From: a phage
Length of the DNA stretch: 64,000 bases
Reading direction: 5' to 3' (one strand)
Sequence record: PZ445521.1
Shown: in pieces, positions 37,619 to 47,537 of the stretch
How positions within the stretch are numbered: the stretch's first letter is position 1
How the letters are laid out: each line of letters begins with the position of its first letter
Translations under genes and position numbers: made by a program
The notes under the pieces: model-generated
The model's input: the letters and a program-made list of their open reading frames with translations, nothing else
Databases searched by the model: none
Told to the model about the DNA's origin: nothing

Positions 37619-38305
37619 TTAAAAATCATGGGTAGAATCAGCTTCAAGAGCTACTACATAATTCGCATGTTCACCTTCAAATTTAGCAGCGCCTTGTTTA
37701 CCTTTTGCCCAAAGCAGAAGTTTATAATTTCCTGGTTGCATTTTCATATTTGCCATATTGATAATGAAATTAAATGTGTTTTCACCATCATAATCACCAA
37801 GAGTCAAAGAATATTTAACACGAGTCAAAGCAGAATCTTCTACTTTATTAAAACCGTTAATTACGATTTTACCTTCTTTTACTGTGATAGCAATTGTATC
37901 AATCTGCAGACCGCGAGATACACGCAACAGCTGTTGAAGGTCTTCAGCTTTAATTTCGGTAACAACAGATGCTACCGGGAATGGAATTGGTTTATTAGGA
38001 GCAACTACTGTACTCGGATCGGCTGCTGGCCAAAAAATTGTTGAACGGGCATCAGCAATTTTAATATTTCCATCTTCTGACTGGGAAATTTCTGCATCAT
38101 CATTAACTAGAGACAGAATACCGAGAAAACCGTTCAAATCGTAAATTGCTACATCAAAATCAATAACGTCAGAAATATTTGCTTCCGCATAAGTTGTACC
38201 ATTAACTGCGCGAGTCATAATAAATTGACCGGATTTAAGCATAATACCGGAGTTAATAGTAGCGAAATTTTTAAGCAGAGCAGTAGTATCTTTAGACAGT
38301 TTCAT
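37619..38305 (-). CDS. 45: sliding clamp gp45
   Basis: 228-aa ORF, same length as T4 gp45; synteny. Confidence 0.92.
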   Translation of the reverse strand: MKLSKDTTALLKNFATINSGIMLKSGQFIMTRAVNGTTYAEANISDVIDFDVAIYDLNGFLGILSLVNDDAEISQSEDGNIKIADARSTIFWPAADPSTVVAPNKPIPFPVASVVTEIKAEDLQQLLRVSRGLQIDTIAITVKEGKIVINGFNKVEDSALTRVKYSLTLGDYDGENTFNFIINMANMKMQPGNYKLLLWAKGKQGAAKFEGEHANYVVALEADSTHDF

Positions 38306-38329
38306 GTAATTTCCTTCAATTCAAATGAG

Positions 38330-38362
38330 ATTTAATTTTATAACTAATTTAATAAAGCAATT
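38330..38362 (-). promoter_or_regulatory. middle promoter (MotA box TGCTTTA, 12 bp, TAAAAT)
   Basis: Plus-strand taaagca 38353-38359 and atttta 38335-38340; upstream of gene 45. Confidence 0.55.
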
Positions 38363-38750
38363 AACGATTAAAATCAGCCGCAATTGTTTCCGCAACAATT
38401 TGTGCAGCAACAATTAGACGTTCATCTGCATTACCGCAATAATCATCTTCAAGGCGTTCACCACATGAAGTCATAATAAATTTAGCACCGGCGTTTAGTG
38501 ATTCTGCAGTATGTTTGCGCATTAGTTCAATCCATTTATTACTTACTTCACGATCGATAGCTTCATAATACGCATGGCGAGCAGGTGCAGATTTAATTTT
38601 GTTCTGAATAACTTCCATTGCGTTATCAGAAAGAGACAAAACCCATGCTCGACGAATTTTATTTTGGTTTTGTGGATTTGATTCAGAACGCACGTGTTTT
38701 GGCTGAATATCTTTTACGTCAACAGTATAATTCACAGTAATTTTAGTCAT
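38361..38750 (-). CDS. rpbA: RpbA RNA polymerase-binding protein
   Basis: 129-aa ORF, same length and position as T4 rpbA. Confidence 0.8.
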   Translation of the reverse strand: MTKITVNYTVDVKDIQPKHVRSESNPQNQNKIRRAWVLSLSDNAMEVIQNKIKSAPARHAYYEAIDREVSNKWIELMRKHTAESLNAGAKFIMTSCGERLEDDYCGNADERLIVAAQIVAETIAADFNR

Positions 38751-38759
38751 AATACACCT

Positions 38760-38948
38760 TTAGTCATAATAATCAGTAACAGTCCAAGCTTCATTTCTAT
38801 TGGACATTATTTTTGTATATTCTGCTTTAAATGCATTCCTAAGCATAGATTCAGTAACTATATGCTCTTCATTAGAAAAATTATTTCTCAGAATATATCG
38901 TTTTATTTCAGGAATAGTTAATAGATGTTGTCCAGTTGAATATTCCAT
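38760..38948 (-). CDS. hypothetical protein, 62 aa (45.2-like)
   Basis: ORF track; synteny. Confidence 0.5.
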   Translation of the reverse strand: MEYSTGQHLLTIPEIKRYILRNNFSNEEHIVTESMLRNAFKAEYTKIMSNRNEAWTVTDYYD

Positions 38949-39003
38949 GTTTTTCCTCCACAGAGATTATACTCTAATAAATTAAAGCATAATCTCTTAT
39001 AAA

Positions 39004-40686
39004 TTAAACCATTACAGTAAATCGACCAACTTTCTTCATTTGAAGATGCTGACCATATTCTTGCGGGTCATGGTCTTTATGCGAAATTATAAAAACATTA
39101 GTGTTTTTCATTGAATTTATAATATTAGCTACACCTTTAATACCTTCGGCGTCAAATGACCCATCAAACACTTCATCGAGTATTAATGTACTAATACTAA
39201 CACCAGATACAATAGAAGCAATATCACGCCAAGTAAATAAAAGAGCAATATCAATTCTTGCCTTTTCACCTTCACTAAATGAAGCATAACTAAAATCTTC
39301 ACGACCACGGGATTTAATTGTCTCATTAAATTCTTCATCTAATGTAAACACATAATCCGCTTCCATTATTTTAAGATAATGGTTAATCTGCTTATTAAAT
39401 AATGGAATGTACTTTTTAATAATAGCACCTTTAATACCAGAATCTTTGAGCATATCAGTCAAAATTCCTCTGTGGTATTTTTCCATTACTAAATTAGTTT
39501 TTGTCTTAACAATTTTATCAAGTTCTTCTTGAAGCAGTGCTATTTCATCAGCATGGTCAATAAACTCAGAAGATGCTTTTTCTATAGCCGCTTTAACCTT
39601 TTTAGCTTTATCTACCGTCGTGATTAGAGATTGCTTTTTATTGCGAATATCATTTGCCAACGACTGTTGGGTTTTAATATTATCTCGGTATTCATCAACA
39701 AGAACTTTTAAATTATCACGGTGTGTTGAAAGCTGTTCAAACGAATGCGTACATTCAGAAACTTTATCTTTAATTTTAGAAACAACTTTATCACCGGAAC
39801 TTAATTGTGACAAACAGGTTGGACATAATCCACCTTCGTGATACATATTAATGACTTTATTATATGAGTCAATTTTTGATTTAATTAAAACTGCTTCTTG
39901 ACCGATTTTATTAAATGCATCAGTCGGGTCTTCATCCAAAACAATATTAACTAATCTTTCATTAGCTTCTTCTATTTCCGATTTTAGCGTTCTAGCTTCT
40001 TTTGCCAAATCATCGTACATATTTTGCAGACGAGTAAGGTTGTCACCCGTTAATTTTTTCTGGCGTTCAACGTTATCATTATATATTTTAATTTGTTGGA
40101 TAATACTATCTTTTTTAACATCAAGCACTTGGTTCTGCGAATTTAATTCACGTATTAGTGCTTTATTAAGCTTATCCATTTCAGCTAATGTTCCTACCTC
40201 GAGCAGGTCTTCCACAAGCTTTCTTCGCGCAGGGGTCGACAAACCCATGAAAGGGGTATACCCTGCTGTACCAAGGACAACAATCTGCTTGAAACTGGCA
40301 TATGACATTCCGATAAGCTGTTCAAATTCTGCTTGGAAATCTTTACTGCTGGCAGATTCATTAAGACGCGTACCGTTAACGGTGATTTCGAAAACGTTTG
40401 GTTTTTGTCCTCTTTTGATATAGTACTTTTTCTCATCATATTCCATCCACAGTTCAACTAAAAGTTCTTTCTTATTTGTGCTGTTTATTAATTGACCTTT
40501 CTTTACATCGCGAAATGGCTTGCCAAAAAGCCCAAATGTGATGGCTTCTAGCATAGTAGACTTACCACCGCCATTTCGTCCAGTAATAAGAGTTTTTTGA
40601 ACCTTATCTAATTGAATGTCAATAGGATTTCCACCTACTGACATTATATTTTGATACCTAACTCGATTTAGTTTAAAATTCTTCAC
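39004..40686 (-). CDS. 46: recombination nuclease subunit gp46 (Rad50/SbcC-like)
   Basis: 560-aa ORF, same length as T4 gp46; Walker A GRNGGGKST; coiled-coil middle. Confidence 0.92.
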   Translation of the reverse strand: MKNFKLNRVRYQNIMSVGGNPIDIQLDKVQKTLITGRNGGGKSTMLEAITFGLFGKPFRDVKKGQLINSTNKKELLVELWMEYDEKKYYIKRGQKPNVFEITVNGTRLNESASSKDFQAEFEQLIGMSYASFKQIVVLGTAGYTPFMGLSTPARRKLVEDLLEVGTLAEMDKLNKALIRELNSQNQVLDVKKDSIIQQIKIYNDNVERQKKLTGDNLTRLQNMYDDLAKEARTLKSEIEEANERLVNIVLDEDPTDAFNKIGQEAVLIKSKIDSYNKVINMYHEGGLCPTCLSQLSSGDKVVSKIKDKVSECTHSFEQLSTHRDNLKVLVDEYRDNIKTQQSLANDIRNKKQSLITTVDKAKKVKAAIEKASSEFIDHADEIALLQEELDKIVKTKTNLVMEKYHRGILTDMLKDSGIKGAIIKKYIPLFNKQINHYLKIMEADYVFTLDEEFNETIKSRGREDFSYASFSEGEKARIDIALLFTWRDIASIVSGVSISTLILDEVFDGSFDAEGIKGVANIINSMKNTNVFIISHKDHDPQEYGQHLQMKKVGRFTVMV

Positions 40687-40946
40687 AAAAGATTCCTTTT
40701 AATGTATCTTTTAGACCATTCTATCATATCATCATAATCTAAAAAGTATTCGTCAAATTCAGCCATGCAAACAACGCCTTGTGCTGTTTTTGATGTAATG
40801 TAAATTATTCCAACATATCTAGAATCTTCTTCGATATAATCAATATTTGCTATGAATTCATCATTAATGTCAAATGTCGAAAACTTCACAGTATGCATCC
40901 TTAATACAAGATACAGCCATATCTCGTAATGATTTAGGTGTGTCAT
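40683..40946 (-). CDS. hypothetical protein, 87 aa
   Basis: ORF track; start probably internal. Confidence 0.45.
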   Translation of the reverse strand: MTHLNHYEIWLYLVLRMHTVKFSTFDINDEFIANIDYIEEDSRYVGIIYITSKTAQGVVCMAEFDEYFLDYDDMIEWSKRYIKRNLL

Positions 40947-41133
40947 TATCTAAAATGTTGAAGTTAAAAGATACAGCCCAGTCAGTGCAGACTGTAACCT
41001 TTTTAATACAATTATCTTCAACCTCTAACGGTTCAAACCAATATTCAATAATTTCTTTATGCCCAATATCATCTTTTACTTCGCATTCAAAATGCTGACT
41101 CATCATAACATTTTTAAATTCATCAAAAGTCAT
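40870..41133 (-). CDS. hypothetical protein, 87 aa
   Basis: ORF track. Confidence 0.45.
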   Translation of the reverse strand: MTFDEFKNVMMSQHFECEVKDDIGHKEIIEYWFEPLEVEDNCIKKVTVCTDWAVSFNFNILDNDTPKSLRDMAVSCIKDAYCEVFDI

Positions 41134-42149
41134 TGTGTTGCCTCTACATATAACTGATTTGCATATTGAATAAGTGCTTCACGGTCAGAATCAGTGATGT
41201 CTGGAATTGCATTAATGTATTCTTCCATCAACGTCTGAAGAGATTGAACTTCAACTTCTTCACTGTCATCTGACTCGACAGAGTTATCAATCTTTGACAC
41301 AACTCGTAATGAATGCACAACTTTTTCTAGTTCAGATTCGAACTTCGTCAGATTTTTGTCTACTTCAGTTACTATAACACGTACTGATAGATTTGTAAAA
41401 TCTTTATAGTCAATTTTTCCTTTAAATGGATAATGAATTCTACGATGCCAGGTAGTATTGTTTGGAATAAATTCCATTCGTTCTGTTTCTGTATCAAACA
41501 TCCAGAACCCACGAGGGTCATTCTCGTCACCTGCAGTTAGTGTCCATGGTGTCCCAATATATCTGACGTTAGCAGCCTCAGAAATAGTATGGAAGTGACC
41601 AGACCACACCTCTTTATAAGTCTTAAGGAAATCAGGTTCAAGACCGTGAGATTTCATTCCTTTATAAAAATAAAATCCATTCAGCTCCCAGTGACCAACA
41701 CAAAAAGAAGCAGATGAAGTTTTGATGTGTTCAAGAATTTCACCAGTATTTTCTTCACACATCCAAGGAATTAAATCAATCAAACATCCGTCAAAATCTA
41801 CTGTAGTAGGCTTATCATATACTTTAACATTATGATATTTAGCCAAAAGCTCAGTAGAGGCATTTGGAGTTAAAGTATTTTTAAAGTGCATATCATGGTT
41901 TCCTACAACAGTATGTAGGGTAATACCAGCATCATCAAGCATTTGAACTATTTCACGAGCGAACTCCATAGTTTTATGCGTGATTGCTTTTCGCACATCA
42001 AAAATATCGCCGTATTGAATCCATGTAGTAATTCCATTTTTCTTAGAATATTCTATTGCTTGTTTAATTCCATCCAACTGAATGGATTGAACCCACTCAT
42101 CATCGGCTTTAACGCCTAAATGCCAATCACCTAAATTTAAAATTTTCAT
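41130..42149 (-). CDS. 47: recombination nuclease subunit gp47 (Mre11/SbcD-like)
   Basis: 339-aa ORF, same length as T4 gp47; phosphoesterase motifs GDWH, GNHD. Confidence 0.92.
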   Translation of the reverse strand: MKILNLGDWHLGVKADDEWVQSIQLDGIKQAIEYSKKNGITTWIQYGDIFDVRKAITHKTMEFAREIVQMLDDAGITLHTVVGNHDMHFKNTLTPNASTELLAKYHNVKVYDKPTTVDFDGCLIDLIPWMCEENTGEILEHIKTSSASFCVGHWELNGFYFYKGMKSHGLEPDFLKTYKEVWSGHFHTISEAANVRYIGTPWTLTAGDENDPRGFWMFDTETERMEFIPNNTTWHRRIHYPFKGKIDYKDFTNLSVRVIVTEVDKNLTKFESELEKVVHSLRVVSKIDNSVESDDSEEVEVQSLQTLMEEYINAIPDITDSDREALIQYANQLYVEATQ

Positions 42150-42279
42150 ATATCAAGAACCGTCATTGAAATGCAAAATAAAATTATTGAAATAAATCCA
42201 TCTGGAGTGCTAAAGAACCCAATCCAACATGCTCTAGTGAATAGATAAAATGCAAGAAAAAGTATCACATATCCAAGAA

Positions 42280-42312
42280 ATATCATTATATCAAACTCCG
42301 TATAAAGCTAAA
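42280..42312 (-). promoter_or_regulatory. middle promoter-like (AGCTTTA, 12 bp, TATAAT)
   Basis: Plus-strand taaagct 42303-42309 and attata 42285-42290. Confidence 0.5.
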
Positions 42313-42324
42313 GGGCCGAAGCCC
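42313..42324 (-). terminator. tetraloop hairpin downstream of alpha-gt
   Basis: gggccgaagccc at 42313-42324, U-rich flank. Confidence 0.5.
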
Positions 42325-42325
42325 T

Positions 42326-43528
42326 TTATTTTGTAATAATGTCAAACTGTTCTTTAAAGCAGAAGCTTGAATCTTGATGCTGATACAAAAATTCATATGC
42401 TTTTTCTCGCTCACGGTCATAAAGAGCTCGGTCAGATGACAGTTCTTTAATACGCTCGAATGTTGATTCCATGTCATTTTCATCAAACCAAATGATACCG
42501 CTATCATGCGAGGTCAAAGGAGTATTATCAACACGGAATTTTAAATTTTCGCCAGTAGATTTCCAAAATACCGGAATTGTTCCACATGCACCAAGCTCGA
42601 GATGAGTATATTCTAAAGAGCGCTGTAGATATTTTTTATCCAACTTACTCAACTGATAACCAAATCCGGATTTACTCATACGTTCAAGCATTTCGCTATT
42701 TACATAACGATCGAGAATTTGCGTTGGTAAATTAGGAGCAATTTTAATTTGGTCTACTTGATGAAGACGATAATACTCGTATGGAATTCCTTTTTCTTTA
42801 ATAGGAATGAACGCTGGAGAACGTTCCAGACCTTCCATAATAGTACTTAGTCCTGCAGGTTTAAGATGTTTTTCATGAAAATCAAACATCTGATAAAAAC
42901 CTTTCCATGTAGTCGTACGACCAATCCAACGATTGATATTCATGTTAATTTCAGAAACATCTTTCCAGTAGGTTGACCGAACCTTCGCAATATCCATAGG
43001 AGGCTGAAAGTTATATACTGTCGGTGCTTCTTCAATATCATCAAACAGAGAAACTGTTTCAGGATACCATTCTTTCATCAGAACTTTATTAAAATCACCA
43101 TTATCAGAATGGCTAAAAATAACATCAGCTCGACGAACAGTTTCTTCTAATCCCAAATTTCGGCGCAAAGAAAGAGAAGAATGGTCATGTTGATAAACTA
43201 CAACACGAACAGAAGGTTTAATGTTATCAATAATTTTTTTATAGTTATTAATAGTGTCTTCTTCAACCGAAGTAGCAGGAACTGAATTGATAATTAGAAT
43301 ATCACAATCATTTACCAGCTTAAGTGTTTTATCGTATTCTTTTGCCAATAAAACCGGAATTGAAAATGATTTATAATCATGCGCACAGTTACGAGTAAAT
43401 GATTTATCTTTGGCATAAACCAAAGTTACTTCATGACCATTTTTAATAAACCAATCACGTTGCTCAAGAGAAAATTTAGTTACACCGCAACCTTCAAGAC
43501 CTCGAGCCATAAAAATACATACTTTCAT
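42326..43528 (-). CDS. agt: alpha-glucosyltransferase
   Basis: 400-aa ORF, same length as T4 alpha-gt; sequence recognised. Confidence 0.88.
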   Translation of the reverse strand: MKVCIFMARGLEGCGVTKFSLEQRDWFIKNGHEVTLVYAKDKSFTRNCAHDYKSFSIPVLLAKEYDKTLKLVNDCDILIINSVPATSVEEDTINNYKKIIDNIKPSVRVVVYQHDHSSLSLRRNLGLEETVRRADVIFSHSDNGDFNKVLMKEWYPETVSLFDDIEEAPTVYNFQPPMDIAKVRSTYWKDVSEINMNINRWIGRTTTWKGFYQMFDFHEKHLKPAGLSTIMEGLERSPAFIPIKEKGIPYEYYRLHQVDQIKIAPNLPTQILDRYVNSEMLERMSKSGFGYQLSKLDKKYLQRSLEYTHLELGACGTIPVFWKSTGENLKFRVDNTPLTSHDSGIIWFDENDMESTFERIKELSSDRALYDREREKAYEFLYQHQDSSFCFKEQFDIITK

Positions 43529-43549
43529 TTAATATCCTCATTGTTTTGG

Positions 43550-43580
43550 TTTATTTTACCAAAAATTTATAAAGCAATAT
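43550..43580 (-). promoter_or_regulatory. middle promoter (MotA box TTGCTTTA, 11 bp, TAAAAT)
   Basis: Plus-strand taaagcaa 43570-43577 and atttta 43553-43558. Confidence 0.5.
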
Positions 43581-43581
43581 A

Positions 43582-43595
43582 GGAGCCGAAGCTCC
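43582..43595 (-). terminator. tetraloop hairpin
   Basis: ggagc cgaa gctcc at 43582-43595. Confidence 0.45.
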
Positions 43596-43771
43596 TATCC
43601 GCATAATACGCCATACAAAGGCTCATTAGAACTTCTAAATTTTATGCGCTTATATGTTATAGTTCCTTCTGCTTTAGCTTTATCATAAGACTCTTTAAAG
43701 AGTCTCATCATTTCCTCTTTAGAGGAACGAATTTTATTATAATCTATTTCAGAAGTCTGGGTGTTCATCTT

Positions 43772-43978
43772 TCATAACTGCCACCATTTTTTGACTTGAT
43801 AAGAATCAACCCACACTTTCATATTAGGGTCTGCTCTTACAATAGGAGGATTAACTTCTTTAATTGAACTATCATGGTATTCTTTTTCAGAAATTTTCAC
43901 ACAAAGATGACCATTCAAAGATTCAGTAAATCCTGCATTAATTTTAAGACGCTTGAATTTTACGCGTGTAAGCATCAA
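43772..43978 (-). CDS. hypothetical protein, 68 aa
   Basis: ORF track. Confidence 0.45.
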   Translation of the reverse strand: MMLTRVKFKRLKINAGFTESLNGHLCVKISEKEYHDSSIKEVNPPIVRADPNMKVWVDSYQVKKWWQL

Positions 43979-44261
43979 TCATATCCTCAATTTGCGATCT
44001 AGTAGTCTTCCAAAGAATACTGATGAGTTCATCGTTATATGGCTGTTTTAGAATATCCCGACTTTTCTTGATAGCATATTCGTATTGAGCAAAATTATTG
44101 TTTTCAGCTGCGATCTGAGCGTGCTTATAAAGACGATTCAGTTCGCGTTTGTTTTTAGACAATAACTTATTTGCTTTTCTTTCTGCTTCAAGACGGTTCT
44201 TTTCTTCAATAGAAGAAATAAGCTTTTCCACTTCATCATTAATTTCGGGTTTATCAGTCAT
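43944..44261 (-). CDS. hypothetical protein, 105 aa
   Basis: ORF track. Confidence 0.5.
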   Translation of the reverse strand: MTDKPEINDEVEKLISSIEEKNRLEAERKANKLLSKNKRELNRLYKHAQIAAENNNFAQYEYAIKKSRDILKQPYNDELISILWKTTRSQIEDMIDAYTRKIQAS

Positions 44262-44262
44262 A

Positions 44263-44481
44263 TTATTTCTCTAATATAAAATAAAAATCATCATCTGTTA
44301 AATGATACCTGTAATTTAATTCTACACCATTAGATTTAAAAGCGGTATCATACGGATTTTCTGGATCAATATCAATGTCAAGAGCTAAAACTTCCCTGAG
44401 ATACATTTTAAGTAAATAGGGAATAGCTTCAACTTCAGGTATTTCTTCCAAGAATCCGGAGAGGTTAATCGTTAGCCTCAT
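44263..44481 (-). CDS. hypothetical protein, 72 aa
   Basis: ORF track. Confidence 0.5.
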
Positions 44482-45022
44482 ATAAAAAATCCAAACTAGG
44501 AGAATCGTCTACAACACTTTTCTTTTCAGCCCCCGGTGTTCTATAGGTTGATTCTTCGTAATGCGTCATTTTATCATAGATGTCTTGAATAAAAGTTTCA
44601 TCTACTAACGCAACCATATCGTCGTCACGACTGTCATAGACATTGTGAACGAAGTAACTATATTTCTTTGCAACTTCCTTACGTTCTTTTTTAATACGTT
44701 GGACGAATGCATTAAAACAAGCTTGAGTTATATATGCATGTGGGTTTTTATATTTCGTTTCATCAAAATTATGAAGCCCCTTAATAGAAGCTTCTATACC
44801 ATCTGCAATCATTTCTTGTTTCCAAGACTGGGTGTATCCTGAAAAGTTGAAACGTTTAGATAAGCCTTCTGCAATAAGCATAATGGCTAATCCAATAGTA
44901 TCATTTTGACGAACTACTTTATTTGGGTCTTTATTATTTGCTAATTCTGTTTTCCAATCAATAATAGCTTGTAAAAGCTCTTTATTGTTTACGTAATTAT
45001 ATTTAGGCTTAGTTTCTGACAT
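44465..45022 (-). CDS. 55: late sigma factor gp55
   Basis: Track ORF trimmed to [10 protein letters not shown], 185 aa as in T4 gp55; sequence recognised. Confidence 0.88.
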
Positions 45023-45100
45023 TTTCACCTCTTAGCTCAATTCATAGATCTATTATATCATAATATTTGAAGATCTATCTTAAAGCATAGAGGATATCAG

Positions 45101-45370
45101 TTATCTAAGTAAACAGTATGCTTGGAATACTTTTTCCATCATCTTTTTAAATTCATGAATATCTATATAATGACTAGTTAAATCAGCATGATATAAAAAG
45201 TCTAAAAACTTTTCATGTGTACTAACATATTCACTTTCATTTAATTCAGAAACATGACTTTCCCAATATCCAACACCAGTTTTATTTGGGAAAAATGAAA
45301 TTTTCATGTATTGGTCAACATAGAAAATGCCATAATTTTCAATAGTAATAGAAATATTAATAAATTTCAT
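45101..45370 (-). CDS. hypothetical protein, 89 aa
   Basis: ORF track. Confidence 0.5.
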   Translation of the reverse strand: MKFINISITIENYGIFYVDQYMKISFFPNKTGVGYWESHVSELNESEYVSTHEKFLDFLYHADLTSHYIDIHEFKKMMEKVFQAYCLLR

Positions 45371-45582
45371 ACATTCATCAACTTAGCCGCTTCAAGAGCT
45401 GCATCTAGTGAATCAAATTGGTCAACATATTCAATCAATTCGCCATAATTGGCATATAACCACCATTGGCTAAATTCATACTCAAGGATGAATCCATTTC
45501 CTTCAATTTGAGTTAAACCATTGCCGTTTGTATTTACTTCATATCCGGCAAGACGCAAATCGTTAATAAGAGCTTCGTTCAT
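45367..45582 (-). CDS. hypothetical protein, 71 aa
   Basis: ORF track. Confidence 0.5.
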   Translation of the reverse strand: MNEALINDLRLAGYEVNTNGNGLTQIEGNGFILEYEFSQWWLYANYGELIEYVDQFDSLDAALEAAKLMNV

Positions 45583-45584
45583 AA

Positions 45585-45911
45585 TTATACCTTAGTAATT
45601 TTCAGGTCTGCAAATTTTTTCTTGCGTTGATTTTTCATGCGACGAATAGTTTTATCGGAAATTTCATGCTTTTGATAAGCTTTAGATTCTACACCAAAAG
45701 CTTTAACATCAAATTCTGACAAGATATATTGAACCAACAATTCACGGACAGTATTGCGTCCAATCTTCTGATCATTCTGTTTCATCGTCTGATGAAGCTC
45801 TTTTTCCCATTTATCCAAAATTTGAGGAGTTACAATATCGCCTTTTTCTAGCAAAGAAACTACTTTATCATATGCGTAAGAATTAATGACGTTTTTAATT
45901 TGAATAGTCAT
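45585..45911 (-). CDS. hypothetical protein, 108 aa
   Basis: ORF track. Confidence 0.5.
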   Translation of the reverse strand: MTIQIKNVINSYAYDKVVSLLEKGDIVTPQILDKWEKELHQTMKQNDQKIGRNTVRELLVQYILSEFDVKAFGVESKAYQKHEISDKTIRRMKNQRKKKFADLKITKV

Positions 45912-45946
45912 ACATTATCCTCAATTACGTTAAAATTTTATTATCC

Positions 45947-45963
45947 AAAAAGGGCCGAAGCCC
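45947..45963 (-). terminator. tetraloop terminator
   Basis: gggc cgaa gccc at 45952-45963 followed by a U5 tract. Confidence 0.55.
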
Positions 45964-46164
45964 TTAGCTAAACTTTTTGGCACCCTTCCAGCCTTCATAC
46001 ATCATTGCGGCTGATATTAATATTGCTCCTGAGCAACTTGAATATTTGTGATTCCAAAACCAGTTTAGAAAAACTTCATCATCAATACCTTGGGCTATCA
46101 TATTTTCAAAGAACTGACGACGAGATTCGGCAATTCGTTGTGATAATTTAGATTCAGGATTCAT
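45964..46164 (-). CDS. hypothetical protein, 66 aa
   Basis: ORF track. Confidence 0.45.
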   Translation of the reverse strand: MNPESKLSQRIAESRRQFFENMIAQGIDDEVFLNWFWNHKYSSCSGAILISAAMMYEGWKGAKKFS

Positions 46165-46380
46165 TTAAATTTTCCAGTTACCATTTTCATCAATAAATTT
46201 AATCCAGTCATTTACTGACCACTTAGTTGTATCGCCTTTTGGAGTAACATTTAAAGTGTATAACCCCTGCTTAAAAAGCATTCGTTTAATATTCATATTT
46301 TCCTCAGCTGTAACGATAACATTCGTTTGATTTGCGCTTAGCAACCCATTGAGATGTATTATAATCAAAATCATCGTCAA
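46165..46380 (-). CDS. hypothetical protein, 71 aa
   Basis: ORF track. Confidence 0.45.
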   Translation of the reverse strand: MTMILIIIHLNGLLSANQTNVIVTAEENMNIKRMLFKQGLYTLNVTPKGDTTKWSVNDWIKFIDENGNWKI

Positions 46381-46636
46381 TGTAAACTGATTTTTTCAAC
46401 TTTCTTACTTCACCACGCAGTTGACGATTCAATTCATTCTTAACCTCTGAATCAACACCTCGCATACGTCGCCATTTATCTGAACGAAAAATGTTTTCAA
46501 CCATATCTTTATGACTTACCCCATCAGGAGCTTTACGCTTTCCGAAATAGTCATAATCACGCACTTTTAAGTCTTTACGACGATACGTTTTACCCATGGA
46601 GTTTAATTTCCTTAGCAACTGAACTAAATGCAGCAC
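46304..46636 (-). CDS. hypothetical basic protein, 110 aa
   Basis: ORF track; overlaps next ORF, start may be internal. Confidence 0.45.
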   Translation of the reverse strand: MLHLVQLLRKLNSMGKTYRRKDLKVRDYDYFGKRKAPDGVSHKDMVENIFRSDKWRRMRGVDSEVKNELNRQLRGEVRKLKKSVYIDDDFDYNTSQWVAKRKSNECYRYS

Positions 46637-46772
46637 GATCGCAAATCATGCGTTTATGTAACTTGAGTATAATATAGCAAACTTCAAAACTATTTACATG
46701 AGTAACACGAACAGCATTACCATTAATGAGATAATACTGTCCCTTTTTAATTTCTTTATCAACCATAACCAT
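46590..46772 (-). CDS. hypothetical protein, 60 aa
   Basis: ORF track; promoter upstream. Confidence 0.45.
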   Translation of the reverse strand: MVMVDKEIKKGQYYLINGNAVRVTHVNSFEVCYIILKLHKRMICDRAAFSSVAKEIKLHG

Positions 46773-46797
46773 ATCAATTCCTCAAAGGTAATTCATA

Positions 46798-46835
46798 TGT
46801 TAATAATACCACGGTTTGAACTTGTTGTAAACAAC
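46798..46835 (-). promoter_or_regulatory. early promoter (-35 TTTACA, -10 TATTAT)
   Basis: tgtaaa 46826-46831, ataata 46803-46808, 17-bp spacer. Confidence 0.55.
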
Positions 46836-46903
46836 TTTGTGAAAAATATTTTAGGGAATGATAAGAAAGGAACGATAGCTTAGAATGGTAATATACAGAA
46901 TGT

Positions 46904-46926
46904 GAGAAAGAAAGGCCCAGAGGGCC
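46904..46926 (-). terminator. terminator-like hairpin
   Basis: ggccc aga gggcc at 46914-46926 with U-rich 3-prime tract. Confidence 0.5.
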
Positions 46927-46930
46927 CGTC

Positions 46931-47225
46931 TTAATCTTCTATGATATCTCTATCATATCCAAGTGAAATGAGAGTTTCTTTGAAGTGTTTAATGTTCTTT
47001 TGTCTAGAATCATTAATGAAAATGACTGGATAACGAATGTTAAGAGATGTGAATCCAGCGCGTTTAGCAAGAGATACAATCAGTGGACGATCATACTCAA
47101 TCTTACCATTATTAGTAAGAACTTTATAAAAAGTAAAAGGAGCATTGAGCTCCTTTAGAAGTTTTGTAACTGATTGACATCCAGGACAACGACCTACTTC
47201 ATCTGGAATTCCATAGACTTCAATC
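46931..47225 (-). CDS. glutaredoxin-like redoxin (CPGC), start codon unresolved
   Basis: KIEVYGIPDEVGRCPGCQ glutaredoxin-type motif; no in-frame ATG/GTG/TTG between the upstream stop at 47226-47228 and the motif. Confidence 0.5.
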
Positions 47226-47537
47226 TTATTCTTTAAGTTCGAGTTTTGTTCCACGAGAAATAATTCCTTGGTAAGCCCAATAAGGAGGATTAACAGAATC
47301 CTCACCAGAGTTTTCTTCAGGAAAATAAACCTGGATAACGAAGCCGGATTCATCAAAGGTAAAATAAACCGTAGGCAGTTCACCTAACAATTCGGCACGA
47401 GCATTAATTTCTTCGAGATCTCGTTCACGTCCAGCCCAAAAACTAGGATTTAGACTACATTCGTAAAAATAATAGTCATTACCGAACATATCAAAACCCT
47501 TCCAACTCTCTACCACATACCGCTCAAAACTAATCAT
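47226..47537 (-). CDS. hypothetical acidic protein, 103 aa
   Basis: ORF track. Confidence 0.55.
   Translation of the reverse strand: MISFERYVVESWKGFDMFGNDYYFYECSLNPSFWAGRERDLEEINARAELLGELPTVYFTFDESGFVIQVYFPEENSGEDSVNPPYWAYQGIISRGTKLELKE

Noticed and set aside
42146-42287. Candidate 47-codon hydrophobic ORF upstream of gene 47
   Set aside because: Coordinate arithmetic gave a length that is not a multiple of 3 and the putative ATG lies inside the -10 of the middle promoter, so the frame could not be confirmed by hand.
45041-45080. agatct-containing repeats upstream of gene 55, considered as a regulatory palindrome or MotA-box promoter
   Set aside because: The TGCTTTA-like box is about 23 bp from the nearest -10-like hexamer, not 11-13 bp, and the repeat is direct rather than inverted; insufficient support.
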